A DNA stretch of 63,457 nt, counting the filler, from Actinomycetota bacterium (GTDB lineage Bacteria; Actinomycetota; Acidimicrobiia; Spongiisociales; UBA4744), in assembly GCA_013152275.1 (NCBI GenBank). It is 5 parts of 5 records of this genome, joined end to end, with 100 filler letters (N's around TTAATTAATTAA, not from the genome) between each part and the next. Parts side by side here need not be neighbours in the genome. Positions count along the whole stretch, not along the records: positions 27,617 to 50,081 come from JAADGS010000033.1; 4 more parts are not named here. One strand, written 5' to 3'. Below, piece after piece: positions 30,235 through 39,934 of this stretch (position 1 is the first letter of the stretch; the number at the start of each line of letters is the position of its first letter). The notes under the pieces are model-generated. The model made no database searches. It was given only the letters and a program-made list of their open reading frames with translations, and had not been told where the DNA came from. A program made the translations under genes and the position numbers.

Positions 30235-30672
30235 TCAGCCGTGCGCCAGTACCTGCAGCTGCGACTCGGCCTCATCGGTCTCCGAGTCTCTGATATCGAC
30301 CACGAATGAGGCTTCGCGCCGTTGACGAATCTGCACCAACATCGCCACGTACCAGGCGATGACACCGTCCATCGCGATGTGGGCGATGAGCATGGCTGTG
30401 GACCCGCGCCAGATCGCAACCGCGAGTGTCGTGAGTGCGATCGCACTGAGGATGATGAGGGCACGGCGTCTCCGAACGAGCACTCGGCGTCTCGTGAGCA
30501 TCGGTTCGATCGTCGTCCCACTTCCGACCGCAGTGAGACGCGCGGACAGTCGCGTGAACTCTTGTGCCGATTCGGCAGGTCGCTCCCTCCGAGAGGTGAA
30601 GACCGAAGGCAACAGGAAGGCTGCCCACACCCCTGCCAGCACGAAAATGACAATTACTGCCGTTGCTTCCAC
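30235..30672 (-). CDS. GlpR/SepX-like membrane protein
   Basis: N-terminal TM (VW..FLLP), SAQEF, Arg-rich RRRVLVRRRR then two TMs; lies between the moeA/galU cluster and tRNA-Ala. Confidence 0.65.
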   Translation of the reverse strand: MEATAVIVIFVLAGVWAAFLLPSVFTSRRERPAESAQEFTRLSARLTAVGSGTTIEPMLTRRRVLVRRRRALIILSAIALTTLAVAIWRGSTAMLIAHIAMDGVIAWYVAMLVQIRQRREASFVVDIRDSETDEAESQLQVLAHG

Positions 30673-30776
30673 GTATCCGCCCGTCGCTACACCCTGAGCC
30701 TAGGTCACCGGGCCCACCTCCGACAAGTTATCAACAGGAGAGTACGGCATGCCCGGGTCCACGGAGGGTGGTGAAC

Positions 30777-31259
30777 TCAGTGTCCGGCAGGTTCGTCGTG
30801 CAGCAGTGCAATCGCATGACCGAGCGCGGGAGCGACCACATCGAGGGATTCCCTTACCGCTCCGACGGATCCCGGCAGGTTGATGATGAGGGTCGATCCG
30901 GCGATTCCGGCGACACCTCTGGACAGCATCCCATGAGGATTGCTACCGAACGTCGCCGCACGAATGGCCTCGGCGATCCCCGGCGCGAAGCGATCCACAA
31001 CGCTGCGTGTCGCCTCCGGTGTCAGATCTCTCGCCGAGAACCCGGTGCCACCTGTGGTGACAATGAGGTCGAACCCTTCCTCAACGGCCCCCTCGAGAGC
31101 ACCCCGCACGGAGGAGACGCCATCGGGAACCACCCGCAGCTCGGTCGAGAAGCCGAGCGTCCCGAGACGCTCTACGGCCGCCGGACCGGAACGATCCTCG
31201 GCCTCGCCACGGCTAACTCGATCGCTCACGGTGAGAACGAGACCCTTCACCGTCGCCAC
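30777..31259 (-). CDS. mog: Molybdopterin adenylyltransferase MogA/MoaB
   Basis: TVSDR, DRSGP, TTGGTG.SARD.TPEAT, SRGVAG, NLPGS. Confidence 0.93.
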   Translation of the reverse strand: MATVKGLVLTVSDRVSRGEAEDRSGPAAVERLGTLGFSTELRVVPDGVSSVRGALEGAVEEGFDLIVTTGGTGFSARDLTPEATRSVVDRFAPGIAEAIRAATFGSNPHGMLSRGVAGIAGSTLIINLPGSVGAVRESLDVVAPALGHAIALLHDEPAGH

Positions 31260-31717
31260 TCTCCGGAGCGGCCTCCCGATTTGGACAGCAGCCGGACTCC
31301 TGTGATCTCAACACCCCGCTCGACACCTTTGACCATGTCGTAGAGCGCGAGCGCCGCGACGGCCACTGCCGTCATCGCCTCCATCTCCACACCGGTCCGA
31401 TCGCGAGTCTGCACCCTGGCCTCGACACGTGCGCCCTCGTCGTATTCGGATACCTCGACGGAGACCGACGTGAGCGACAACGGATGACACAGCGGGATGA
31501 GATCGGCGGTGCGTTTGGCAGCCATGATGCCGGCCAGACGTGCGGTCGCCAGCGCGTCACCTTTCGGCAGTTCCCCTCCGAAGAGCTTCCCCCTCGTTTC
31601 GGATGTCATGTGCACGACCGCCTCGGCCATGGCCACGCGGTCGGTGACCTGCTTGTCACCCACGTCGACCATGTGGACGTGTCCCTGCTCATCGAGGTGT
31701 GTGAACTCTTCACTCAT
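31247..31717 (-). CDS. moaC: Cyclic pyranopterin monophosphate synthase
   Basis: THLD..G...MVDV, KGD.L..AR.AGI.AAK.T..LIPLCH, TGVEMEA, KSGG. Confidence 0.96.
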   Translation of the reverse strand: MSEEFTHLDEQGHVHMVDVGDKQVTDRVAMAEAVVHMTSETRGKLFGGELPKGDALATARLAGIMAAKRTADLIPLCHPLSLTSVSVEVSEYDEGARVEARVQTRDRTGVEMEAMTAVAVAALALYDMVKGVERGVEITGVRLLSKSGGRSGEWRR

Positions 31718-32942
31718 CGAGGGCCTCCATGGTACGGGTCTCCGGCCACCTGAACATCTCGAGTGTCACCACATCGCCGGCTTCCAGATCGGCGACGCCG
31801 ACGGGAACCAGGGCGAACGCGTCGGCATGCGCCATCGCCGACAGGATGTTTGACGACTGCCCACCGGCGAGCTCGGCGAACAACGCATCACCTTCGATTC
31901 TCGTCCGCACCCGCAGGAAGACGTCTTTGGTCGGATTCGTCGACACGGCCTGGGCAATCCGTCCGAGCACCTGCGGCCGAAAGAGATCCGTGGCCCCCAT
32001 CATGTGAAGCAGGGCAGGCCGGACGAACTGCTCGAACGACACCATGGCCGACACGGGATTACCGGGCAGACCGAACAGGGGCGTCCCTTCGATCCGCCCA
32101 AAGGCAAACGGCTTGCCCGGCTGCTGCGCGACTTTCCAAAACGCAACGGTTCCGAGGTCGGCAAGAACAGCCTTGACCATGTCGTACTCCCCCATCGACA
32201 CTCCGCCGGACGTGATGACGGCGTCCGCCGTCCCTGCCGCTTCATCCAGGGTCGCCCGCAACGCCGTCTCGTCATCACCGACGATCCCGAAGTCGACCGT
32301 GTCGACCGCCAGGTCTGCCAAGAGAGCGATCAGCATCGTCCGGTTCGCATCCCGAATCTTGCCGGGCGTCGGCACCGGAGCTTCCGGTGGCAGCAGTTCG
32401 TCTCCCGTCGACAGGACCGCAACGACCGGACGTCTCCTCACGAACGGCTCGATGATGCCGAGCGACGCGAGGACACCGAGGTGCGCCGGGCTCAACCGCT
32501 CTCCCGCCTCGAACACGCGCGCTCCCGCCTGCATGTCACCGCCCGCACGCCGAACGTTGGATCCGCGCGCACGGAACGCCAGAACCTTGACCGACCGGTC
32601 TCCGGATTCGGTTACCTCGATCTCCACGACGGTATCGGCGCCCGCCGGCATCGGAGCACCGGTCATGATCTTGACGGCGGTACCCGGTCCGACCTTCTCG
32701 GCGGGCACGCTGCCCGCAGGTACATCCTCGATCACGTCCAGCACCACAGGGAGCCTCTCCAGGTCTGCCGCTCGGACCGCGTATCCATCCATGGCCGAGT
32801 TCGAAAACGGGGGAACGTCGTGTGGCGCCTCGACCGGCTCGGCGAGAACGAGACCCCGCGCCTCCATCAGTGGAACCCGCACCGGATCGAGACGGCCGAC
32901 CACCGCCAGAACTTCGCGCTGGGCTTCGCGGCGTAGTTTCAC
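31710..32942 (-). CDS. moeA: Molybdopterin molybdotransferase (gephyrin-like Glp)
   Basis: SAMDGYA, IMTGAP.P.GAD, STGDEL, TSGGVSMG, GLPGNPVS. Confidence 0.95.
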   Translation of the reverse strand: MKLRREAQREVLAVVGRLDPVRVPLMEARGLVLAEPVEAPHDVPPFSNSAMDGYAVRAADLERLPVVLDVIEDVPAGSVPAEKVGPGTAVKIMTGAPMPAGADTVVEIEVTESGDRSVKVLAFRARGSNVRRAGGDMQAGARVFEAGERLSPAHLGVLASLGIIEPFVRRRPVVAVLSTGDELLPPEAPVPTPGKIRDANRTMLIALLADLAVDTVDFGIVGDDETALRATLDEAAGTADAVITSGGVSMGEYDMVKAVLADLGTVAFWKVAQQPGKPFAFGRIEGTPLFGLPGNPVSAMVSFEQFVRPALLHMMGATDLFRPQVLGRIAQAVSTNPTKDVFLRVRTRIEGDALFAELAGGQSSNILSAMAHADAFALVPVGVADLEAGDVVTLEMFRWPETRTMEALDE

Positions 32943-33742
32943 ACCAGCCCTTTCAGGAATTCCCTGTAGCGCTCCCCGAGTTCTGCGTGGGCCAGGCCGA
33001 GAACCGTCGAAGCTTCCAGCAGCCCGGCCGGGTTTCCCACATCCAGCAGGTCGTCCGGCGAGACGAACCCCTCGCAGCGACCTCGCCGACCGAGCGCATC
33101 GATTGCATCGGTGAGCTGAATCTCACCTCCGAACCCCGGAGCGAGACCGTCGAGCACCTCGAAAACCTCCGGAGTGAAGATGTAGCGACCGATCAGTCCG
33201 AGACGCGACGGAGCTCGTTCGATGCCCGGCTTCTCGATGGCACCACGCACCTCGACGACTGTCTCCGATCGCCATGCGCCCGGAACGATCACCCCGTAGC
33301 GGGTGAGGAAGTCGTCGGTAAGGTCCCGCAGGGAGACCATCGATGTTCCGTCGAACTGCGCGGCCATCCGATCGAGGACATCCACGCGAGGAATGTTGTC
33401 GGCGAGCAGGCAGAAGAAGGTCCGGCCGGCCACCGCTTCTCGAGCGGTCAAGACCGCGTGACCCAGACCGAGTGGGACCGGTTGGGTCACGGGTGTGATC
33501 TTCATGTGCTCCAGCCCCGGGAGCGGTCCCCCGTCGAAGAAATGGTCGTGGACGAGTGCGCCCACTCCCGGATCGACGATGATGACCGCCTCGGTGGCAC
33601 CCGCCCTGGCAGCCTCCTCGACACCGTACTGCACGGCAGGGCGGTCGACGATCGGAACCAGCGCCTTCGGAACGACCCGCGTCGCGGGACGCAGACGGGT
33701 TCCCCTTCCCGCGGCCGGGATGACTGCAACCTCGATCGTCAC
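32939..33742 (-). CDS. galU: UTP-glucose-1-phosphate uridylyltransferase
   Basis: VIPAAGRGTR..PAT..VPK, Q..PLGLGHAV, IEKP, GGEIQLTDA. Confidence 0.9.
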   Translation of the reverse strand: MTIEVAVIPAAGRGTRLRPATRVVPKALVPIVDRPAVQYGVEEAARAGATEAVIIVDPGVGALVHDHFFDGGPLPGLEHMKITPVTQPVPLGLGHAVLTAREAVAGRTFFCLLADNIPRVDVLDRMAAQFDGTSMVSLRDLTDDFLTRYGVIVPGAWRSETVVEVRGAIEKPGIERAPSRLGLIGRYIFTPEVFEVLDGLAPGFGGEIQLTDAIDALGRRGRCEGFVSPDDLLDVGNPAGLLEASTVLGLAHAELGERYREFLKGLV

Positions 33743-34326
33743 TCCTCCACCACCTTGCGCTCGACCCCTCTCAACAACCGTGTCATGTTCCCCCGGTGAC
33801 GGTACAGGACCAGCGCGACGGCTGCACCCACCCAGACGAGTGCCCACCCTCGACCACCCGTGAGCCATGCGCCCGGAACCGCGGCGAGGGTGACGACGAT
33901 CGAGCCGATCGCGGCGATGCGCGTGGTGACGATGAGAGCGATGAACACGACGAGGAGGACCGCCGTGGCCACGGGGTACAGAGCGAACATCACTCCCGAG
34001 AGCGTCGCTGCCCCTTTGCCTCCACGGAAGTGATGGAACAGCGGATAGCAGTGCCCGATAACTGCGGTCAACCCCGCTGCCGCACCGAGTGCAGGACCGC
34101 CGAGGGCTGCTCCCGCCAGGGCGGCGATCAGCCCTTTCAGCAGATCGAGGGCGAGCACGGTCACGCCGGCCTTCTTGCCGATCGACCGGAAGACGTTGGA
34201 CGCTCCGGGGTTGCCACTTCCTTTCGAGTAGATATCCAATCCCCTCGCGCGTGCGATGAGGACGGCGAAATCAACGCTTCCCAGCAGATACGAGCCGAGC
34301 ACCACGGCGATCGAACCCAACGTCAT
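33739..34326 (-). CDS. plsY: Glycerol-3-phosphate acyltransferase
   Basis: SYLLGS, GSGNPGASN, DLLKG, GHCYP, GGKGAAT, HRGN. Confidence 0.93.
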   Translation of the reverse strand: MTLGSIAVVLGSYLLGSVDFAVLIARARGLDIYSKGSGNPGASNVFRSIGKKAGVTVLALDLLKGLIAALAGAALGGPALGAAAGLTAVIGHCYPLFHHFRGGKGAATLSGVMFALYPVATAVLLVVFIALIVTTRIAAIGSIVVTLAAVPGAWLTGGRGWALVWVGAAVALVLYRHRGNMTRLLRGVERKVVEE

Positions 34327-34500
34327 GGGTCTCGAGTGTACCGGCGAAAGACGCCGGTCCCGATCGCGCGGATCTGCCGATCCGACCACCAGGACGATGA
34401 GTGAAGATCCCGCTCTTCGGACCACGAGTCGGGTCACCGACCGCAAGCGCCCACCGTCTTGATATCATTCAGCCCCAATCCATCACGGTCTCGAGTTCTC

Positions 34501-34806
34501 ATGCCCACCTATGAATATGTCTGTAAGCGATGCGGAAAACGGTTCGACGTTTTCCAGTCCTTCTCGGAGAAGTCCCTCCAAACACACGACGAGTGCGGTG
34601 GCCAACTCCAAAAGGTCTTCCACACTGCCGGCATCATCTTCAAAGGATCCGGCTTCTACGCAACCGATTCGCAGACGGCCAAGAGATCGCAGACGGCCAA
34701 GGGTCCCGAGACGGCCAAGGGTCCCGAGACGGCCAAGAGTTCCGGGGCGGCCAAGAGTTCCGGGGCGGCCAAGAGTTCCCAGACAACCAAGAAGGGTGAA
34801 GAATGA
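34501..34806 (+). CDS. FmdB-family zinc-ribbon protein with repetitive tail
   Basis: MPTYEYVCKRCG...HDECGG, FKGSGFYATD. Confidence 0.9.
   Translation: MPTYEYVCKRCGKRFDVFQSFSEKSLQTHDECGGQLQKVFHTAGIIFKGSGFYATDSQTAKRSQTAKGPETAKGPETAKSSGAAKSSGAAKSSQTTKKGEE
34669..34794 (+). repeat. 18-bp tandem repeat x7 (coding VNTR)
   Basis: Units encode SQTAKR/SQTAKG/PETAKG/PETAKS/SGAAKS/SGAAKS/SQTTKK. Confidence 0.9.
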
Positions 34807-35585
34807 TCGGAGTATTCGGTGGCACGGGGTTCTACGAGTTCCTCGATGACGCCCGCAGCGTTCGCGTCGACACTCCCTACGGAGATCCGTCGGCACCGTA
34901 CATGGTCGGCACGATCGAAGGCGCCGACGTGGCCTTCCTGCCCCGGCACGGCGAACACCACGAGTTCCCGCCACACAAGGTCAACTACCGAGCCAACGTG
35001 TGGGGTATGAAGCATCTCGGTGTCGACCGCATCATCGCCCCATGTGCCGCCGGGAGCCTGGTGACCGAGTACGCGCCGGGACACATCGTCATCGCCGACC
35101 AGCTCATCGATCGAACATGGGGCCGCGCGTCGACCTACTTCGACGGTCCGGAGACGGGACACATCTCGCTTGCCGATCCCTACTGCTCGGAGCTGCGCCC
35201 ACTGGCGCTCGAAGCCGCGAGGACCGCGGGAGCGACCGTCCACGACGGCGGAACGACCGTCATCATTCAGGGCCCGCGCTTCTCGACGAGGGCAGAGAGC
35301 AGATGGTTTGCCTCCAACGGCTGGCATCTCGTGAACATGACCCAGTTCCCCGAGGCGTCCCTCGCCAGAGAGCTGGAGCTGTGCTTCGTCAACCTGGCTG
35401 TCGTCACCGACTACGACGTCGGCGTCGAAGGGGAGATCCCTGCGGTCACACACGCGGAGGTGATGCGCCTGTTCGATGAGACCCTGGGCACCCTCAAGGA
35501 GACGGTACGGGTATTGATTCCGATCGCCGACGCGGCGCCCCGAGCATGCTCATGTCCCACCGCGTTGTCCGGCGCCACGGGCTAG
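34803..35585 (+). CDS. mtnP: S-methyl-5'-thioadenosine phosphorylase
   Basis: GVFGGTG, TPYG, RHG..H..PPH.VNYRAN, GPRFSTRAES, VTDYD. Confidence 0.93.
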   Translation: MIGVFGGTGFYEFLDDARSVRVDTPYGDPSAPYMVGTIEGADVAFLPRHGEHHEFPPHKVNYRANVWGMKHLGVDRIIAPCAAGSLVTEYAPGHIVIADQLIDRTWGRASTYFDGPETGHISLADPYCSELRPLALEAARTAGATVHDGGTTVIIQGPRFSTRAESRWFASNGWHLVNMTQFPEASLARELELCFVNLAVVTDYDVGVEGEIPAVTHAEVMRLFDETLGTLKETVRVLIPIADAAPRACSCPTALSGATG

Positions 35586-35825
35586 GAGTCTGTCGAAGCC
35601 GGTAGGGGCCACGTGCTTCGTACTTCGTGTCGCGACTTCGTATCGATACGAGACCGCGGTGCCGGCGTGACGGCCGGGCGCGACGAAAGACGCTCGTGCA
35701 CCGCGTGAGGACCGCGAATACGGCGAACGAAACGGAATCGCCGCCGTGGTAGGGGGATACACGTCCCGTATCTCCCCGAGGGCAACCCCCTTCCCGACTC
35801 GACACGTTCGCGGTACGTTCACAGG

Positions 35826-36374
35826 GTGTACTGGTTCACGCGCCCGCCCTATCTCCGTTGGGCCGGCGCGGCACTGATCCTCATCGTTGCCGCCTGGATC
35901 GATCTGCGACCGGCGGACACGATCGCCTATCCGTTCGCGGCAGCGGACATCGCACCCGGAGCGAGCATCGATGCCGAGCACATCGAGTGGCGCCAGGCGC
36001 CGAAGGGTCTGCTCCCTTCCAACCTCGAGATCGGTGGGACGGCCCGGCATGCGATTGCAGCGGGGGAACCCATCCTCCCCTCCCAGATGTCCGATGTGCG
36101 CCCTGAGATCCCCGACGGATGGTGGGCACTCTCGACGAAGTTGCCCGAGAGCGTCGTTGCCGGTCAGTCACTGAGGATCGTCATCACCGGATTCGGTGTT
36201 GGGCCCCAAGCAGTCCCCGGAATCGTCATCGAGCCACCTCCACCGGCAGATCCGCTCGGCTACAAGGACCCCGTCGGTCTCGTCGCCGTCCCCGGTGACT
36301 TCGCCACCGCGGTCGCCGCGTCGGCGGCGGAGGGAAACCTGAGTGTCCTCATCGGACCCGACATCAGTCCGTAG
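35826..36374 (+). CDS. SAF-domain (RcpC-like) membrane protein
   Basis: N-terminal TM; AAADIAPG...IAAGEPI SAF motif; usual neighbour of FmdB/MTAP. Confidence 0.75.
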   Translation: MYWFTRPPYLRWAGAALILIVAAWIDLRPADTIAYPFAAADIAPGASIDAEHIEWRQAPKGLLPSNLEIGGTARHAIAAGEPILPSQMSDVRPEIPDGWWALSTKLPESVVAGQSLRIVITGFGVGPQAVPGIVIEPPPPADPLGYKDPVGLVAVPGDFATAVAASAAEGNLSVLIGPDISP

Positions 36375-36547
36375 CAGAAGCAGGGTCTACGGAGGCCCCC
36401 GTCGATCCTCTCGCTTCGACGACACGTGAGGATTCCTCATGAACTGTCGAGCCATTCCAGGCAACGAGCACGCGGACAACCGGAGGAGCCATGCTCGTCG
36501 AGCGCCGAGATACGGGCGGATGTCCAGTCCGGCTATGCTCCAGCGCC

Positions 36548-37300
36548 GTGCTCCAGGCAATCCTCTGGGGGCTCATCCAGGGCCTAACCGAATTCCTTCC
36601 TGTTTCCTCGAGCGGCCACCTCGTGCTGGTGCCGGCGATCCTCGGCGTGGACCCGCCCGACCTGGCGACGACCGCGGTGCTCCACCTCGGAACCTTGATC
36701 GCCGTGCTCGCCTACTACCGTCGAGACATTGCCACACTTCTGCGGTTCGACGACAAGGCCCGCCACCTCTGGTGGCTACTGATCATCGGGACACTGCCGG
36801 CCCTGATCGGTCTCGCCCTCAAGGACCAGATCGACGCCATCCAGCAGTCCTACACGCTCGTGGCGATCGCCCTGCTGATCAGCGGAGTGGTGCTCCTCGC
36901 ATCACAGTTCATCCACAAACGAACCCGAACCGTTGAGGACGAGACCACCGCTGGAGCGCTGGTCATCGGGATCGCCCAGGCGCTGGCCATGGTGCCAGGC
37001 ATCACCCGCTCCGGGATGACGATCACTGCCGGACTCGCACGGGGACTCGACGCGGAGCAAGCTGCCCGCTACTCGTTTCTTCTCGCCATTCCTGCAATCG
37101 CCGGAGGCGGCCTCCTCGAGGCGATCGAACTGTCGAGCACCGGCAGCTTCACGACGTCGGTGTGGGTCGCCATGGCGGTCGCTGCCGTGTCGGGCTACCT
37201 GGCAATCGCCTTCCTCATCCGCGTCCTCGTCAAGCGAGGCCTCGTGCCCTTCGCCATCTACTGCCTCGTGGCAGGAGCGGTGGCGCTCATCGTGCTGTAG
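36548..37300 (+). CDS. uppP: Undecaprenyl-diphosphate phosphatase
   Basis: QGLTEFLPVSSSGH, PGITRSG, YSFLL.IPA. Confidence 0.95.
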   Translation: MLQAILWGLIQGLTEFLPVSSSGHLVLVPAILGVDPPDLATTAVLHLGTLIAVLAYYRRDIATLLRFDDKARHLWWLLIIGTLPALIGLALKDQIDAIQQSYTLVAIALLISGVVLLASQFIHKRTRTVEDETTAGALVIGIAQALAMVPGITRSGMTITAGLARGLDAEQAARYSFLLAIPAIAGGGLLEAIELSSTGSFTTSVWVAMAVAAVSGYLAIAFLIRVLVKRGLVPFAIYCLVAGAVALIVL

Positions 37301-37305
37301 AACTC

Positions 37306-37356
37306 CGTTCTCGTGACGGTTGGGCGGGATTATTCCCGTGAAGCGTCACCAGAACG
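37306..37356. repeat. 51-bp palindromic REP-like element, copy B (solo, inverted relative to A)
   Basis: CGTTCTCGTGACG-gttgggcgggattattcccgtgaag-CGTCACCAGAACG; spacer revcomp matches copy A at 23/25. Confidence 0.9.
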
Positions 37357-37361
37357 GGTTC

Positions 37362-38567
37362 TTAGAAGCCGACGACGCACCAGGTGGGTTCATGCCAACC
37401 AAACATGAGATCCGCCCGCTGCAAGGCATCCTTGTCACCTTCGACCAGGCCGGCCGCAGCGAGTGTGACGAAGTCGTGATCGCCGAGGTACCGCATACCG
37501 AGTTGCGTCACGCCCATGCGCAGGTCGGGCTCCTCATCGGTCCTGCGGCAGGATGACCCATCGGGGCCTCCTTCGATTCGATAGGCGCCGGCAACGTCGT
37601 CGGGACCGGTGATCTCGATGGTGACCGCTCCCTCGACGGGATAGCGACGTGCCTCGAGCGCGGCCGGAACGTCGAGGATCCGGACCCAGATCCCTTCGGT
37701 GACCTTGAACGACAGCCTCCTGGGATCGGTCAGGAAGTAGGCGAGCGGGTCCCGCAATGGGCGCATGCGGGCTTTGATGGTCTTGATCAGGTCGATCCCG
37801 AACAGGAACCGCCATATGGCGAGGGTCGCGCCGTCGGTCACACCGATCACCTCATTCGCGAGGAGCGTGTTCTGCGGGTGGCCTTCTTTCCACTCCTCCT
37901 TGATGCGGTAGCGCGCGTAGCCGAGTCCGATACCGTCCTCTTCGTAAAGTGCGAAGCGGTTCGCCGTTGCTCCTGCGCGCCACGCCTCCAGGTCCGACAG
38001 GTCGACCTCCCACTTGAGCGGCGAGCGCCGGATCATGCCCGGATAGCGGTCCACGACCTGGTCGAGGACGCCAGGGAGACGCTCGAGCGCCTCGCCCTTC
38101 TGGATCAGACGCACCCCGCCCGGCGATGGTTCGGCGACGGCGAACGTGGCGTGGGCACGATCAATCTCTCTGGCGGCGTGGCGATTCGCCATTCCAAACC
38201 CGTAGCGGCCATAGATGGAACTCTCCGACGCCCACAAGACGGAGAGCGACTCCTCGTGCTCCCGGCTGTCGTCGAGCAGCCTGCCCATCATCTGGGTGAG
38301 TACTCCTCGGCGGCGATGCGAAGGGAGCACACCGATGGCGGTCACCCCGCCGGCCCTTGCCGACCCGCCGGGAACCGTCATCTCGAACGTGATGTTGCCT
38401 CCGGTTCCGACGATTGCACCGTTGTCGAACGCCGCGATCGTCCGATCGAATTCGGTTGCCTTCCGTTCGACCTCGACTTCCTCCGGCTTCGGATCCCAGG
38501 CGAACACGTGCCCCAGAACCCCGAGAAACCCGTCGAAGTCGTCCGATGTGATTGGGCGGTACTCCAT
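37362..38567 (-). CDS. Eis-family GNAT acetyltransferase
   Basis: VTAIGVLPSHRRRGVL, LWASESSIYGRYGFG, WVRILDVPAALEAR.Y, C-terminal SCP2-like domain. Confidence 0.92.
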   Translation of the reverse strand: MEYRPITSDDFDGFLGVLGHVFAWDPKPEEVEVERKATEFDRTIAAFDNGAIVGTGGNITFEMTVPGGSARAGGVTAIGVLPSHRRRGVLTQMMGRLLDDSREHEESLSVLWASESSIYGRYGFGMANRHAAREIDRAHATFAVAEPSPGGVRLIQKGEALERLPGVLDQVVDRYPGMIRRSPLKWEVDLSDLEAWRAGATANRFALYEEDGIGLGYARYRIKEEWKEGHPQNTLLANEVIGVTDGATLAIWRFLFGIDLIKTIKARMRPLRDPLAYFLTDPRRLSFKVTEGIWVRILDVPAALEARRYPVEGAVTIEITGPDDVAGAYRIEGGPDGSSCRRTDEEPDLRMGVTQLGMRYLGDHDFVTLAAAGLVEGDKDALQRADLMFGWHEPTWCVVGF

Positions 38568-38801
38568 TGGTGGAACGCTAGCCGAGCCAACCCTTGCGAC
38601 CGCTCGAATTACCGAGCATACGGCGGCTGGTTCCAGGAAGAGAACAACACGGTTTCCCGCATCGCCGACGGCGCGGCCATCCACACAGCATGGGGAGTTG
38701 ACAGCCGACTGCGAACAGCCGGGGCCCTGTCCCCTGTCGGCGAGGTCTCGACAACGATGACCGCGGTACGAAGTACACGGTCGGGCAGTCTTCGGCCGCC
38801 T

Positions 38802-39881
38802 CTACTTGATCACGAGCTCCGGATGCGTACGCACCCGCGGCCTGGTCTTCTCCAGGGTGTCCGTGAACTCGTCGAAGGCGACATCCGCGTCGCTTCCCGG
38901 AGCGGCCACGGCCACCGGAATGCCTTCATCGGCACCCGCGCGCATGGCCGGAACCAGCGGGATCCGACCCATCAGCGGAACCCCCAACTCACGTGCGAGT
39001 TGCTCACCACCGCCACTGCCGAAGAGCGGATAACGTGTGCCGTCGTCTCCGGTGAACCACGCCATGTTCTCCACGACGCCGATCACAGTCTGGTTGACCT
39101 TTTCGGCCATCAGGGCCGCCTTCTTCGCGACCCGTTGCGCCGTCGCCTGTGGTGTCGTCACCACGAGCACCTCGGCCCGTGGAAGGAACTGCGACAGTGA
39201 GATCGCCACATCGCCGGTACCCGGAGGAGTATCGATGAGCAGGTAGTCCGGCTCGTCCCAGAAGACATCGGTGAGAAACTGCTCGAGTGCCTTGTGCAAC
39301 AGTGGGCCACGCCAGATGACGGCCTGATCGGGCTGGACGAAGTAGTCCATCGACATGACACGAACTCCATAGGCTTGCGGTGCGATGAGCGAACCGCCGA
39401 CGACCGCCGGAGGGGTGAGCACGCCAAGCATCCTCGGGATCGAGAACCCATACACGTCTGCGTCGATCACACCTACGCTGTGGCCCCGAGCGGCCAGAGC
39501 AACCGCGAGGTTCACCGTCACCGACGACTTGCCGACACCGCCTTTGCCACTGGTGATCGTGATGACCCTCGTGCGAGATCCGGGACCGCCCGCAGCTTTC
39601 TTCTCGGGACGGAGCCGCGCCATGAGCGCATCGGCCTCCTCATCGGAGAGAACGGACTGTTGGACCATCACATCATCGATCCCGGCGACCGACCGGCCGG
39701 CCTCCTCGACGGCGGCCGTGAGACGGTCACCGTAGGGATAGTCGGGATCGGCGACGGAGATGGCGGCGACAGCGCGGCCGTTGTCGACGGTGACAGCCCT
39801 CACCGCATCCAGTTCTTCGAGTGTCCTCCCGAGCTGGGGATCGACGACCTGCCCGATCGCCGCGCGTACCGCATCGTTCAT
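38802..39881 (-). CDS. mrp: Mrp/ApbC/NBP35-family ATPase with N-terminal DUF59-like domain
   Basis: SGKGGVGKS, DAD.YG.SIP, WRGP, D.PPGTGD, VVTTPQ, VVENM. Confidence 0.92.
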   Translation of the reverse strand: MNDAVRAAIGQVVDPQLGRTLEELDAVRAVTVDNGRAVAAISVADPDYPYGDRLTAAVEEAGRSVAGIDDVMVQQSVLSDEEADALMARLRPEKKAAGGPGSRTRVITITSGKGGVGKSSVTVNLAVALAARGHSVGVIDADVYGFSIPRMLGVLTPPAVVGGSLIAPQAYGVRVMSMDYFVQPDQAVIWRGPLLHKALEQFLTDVFWDEPDYLLIDTPPGTGDVAISLSQFLPRAEVLVVTTPQATAQRVAKKAALMAEKVNQTVIGVVENMAWFTGDDGTRYPLFGSGGGEQLARELGVPLMGRIPLVPAMRAGADEGIPVAVAAPGSDADVAFDEFTDTLEKTRPRVRTHPELVIK

Positions 39882-39934
39882 TGCAAGTCCTATCTGCGCA
39901 GTGTTTAGAAACGACTCAAAACTATAGTGACATT

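Noticed and set aside
30728..30736. TTATCAACA DnaA-box-like site upstream of the GlpR-like gene
   Set aside because: Single copy with one mismatch; not enough support.
34669..34794. Possible CRISPR-like array
   Set aside because: Head-to-tail 18-mers with no spacers, in frame inside a CDS, and no cas genes.
35590..35810. CTTCGTA-like short repeats and hairpin GGGGGATAC..GTATCTCC
   Set aside because: Only three degenerate units and no second copy in the window; probably a terminator or intergenic structure.
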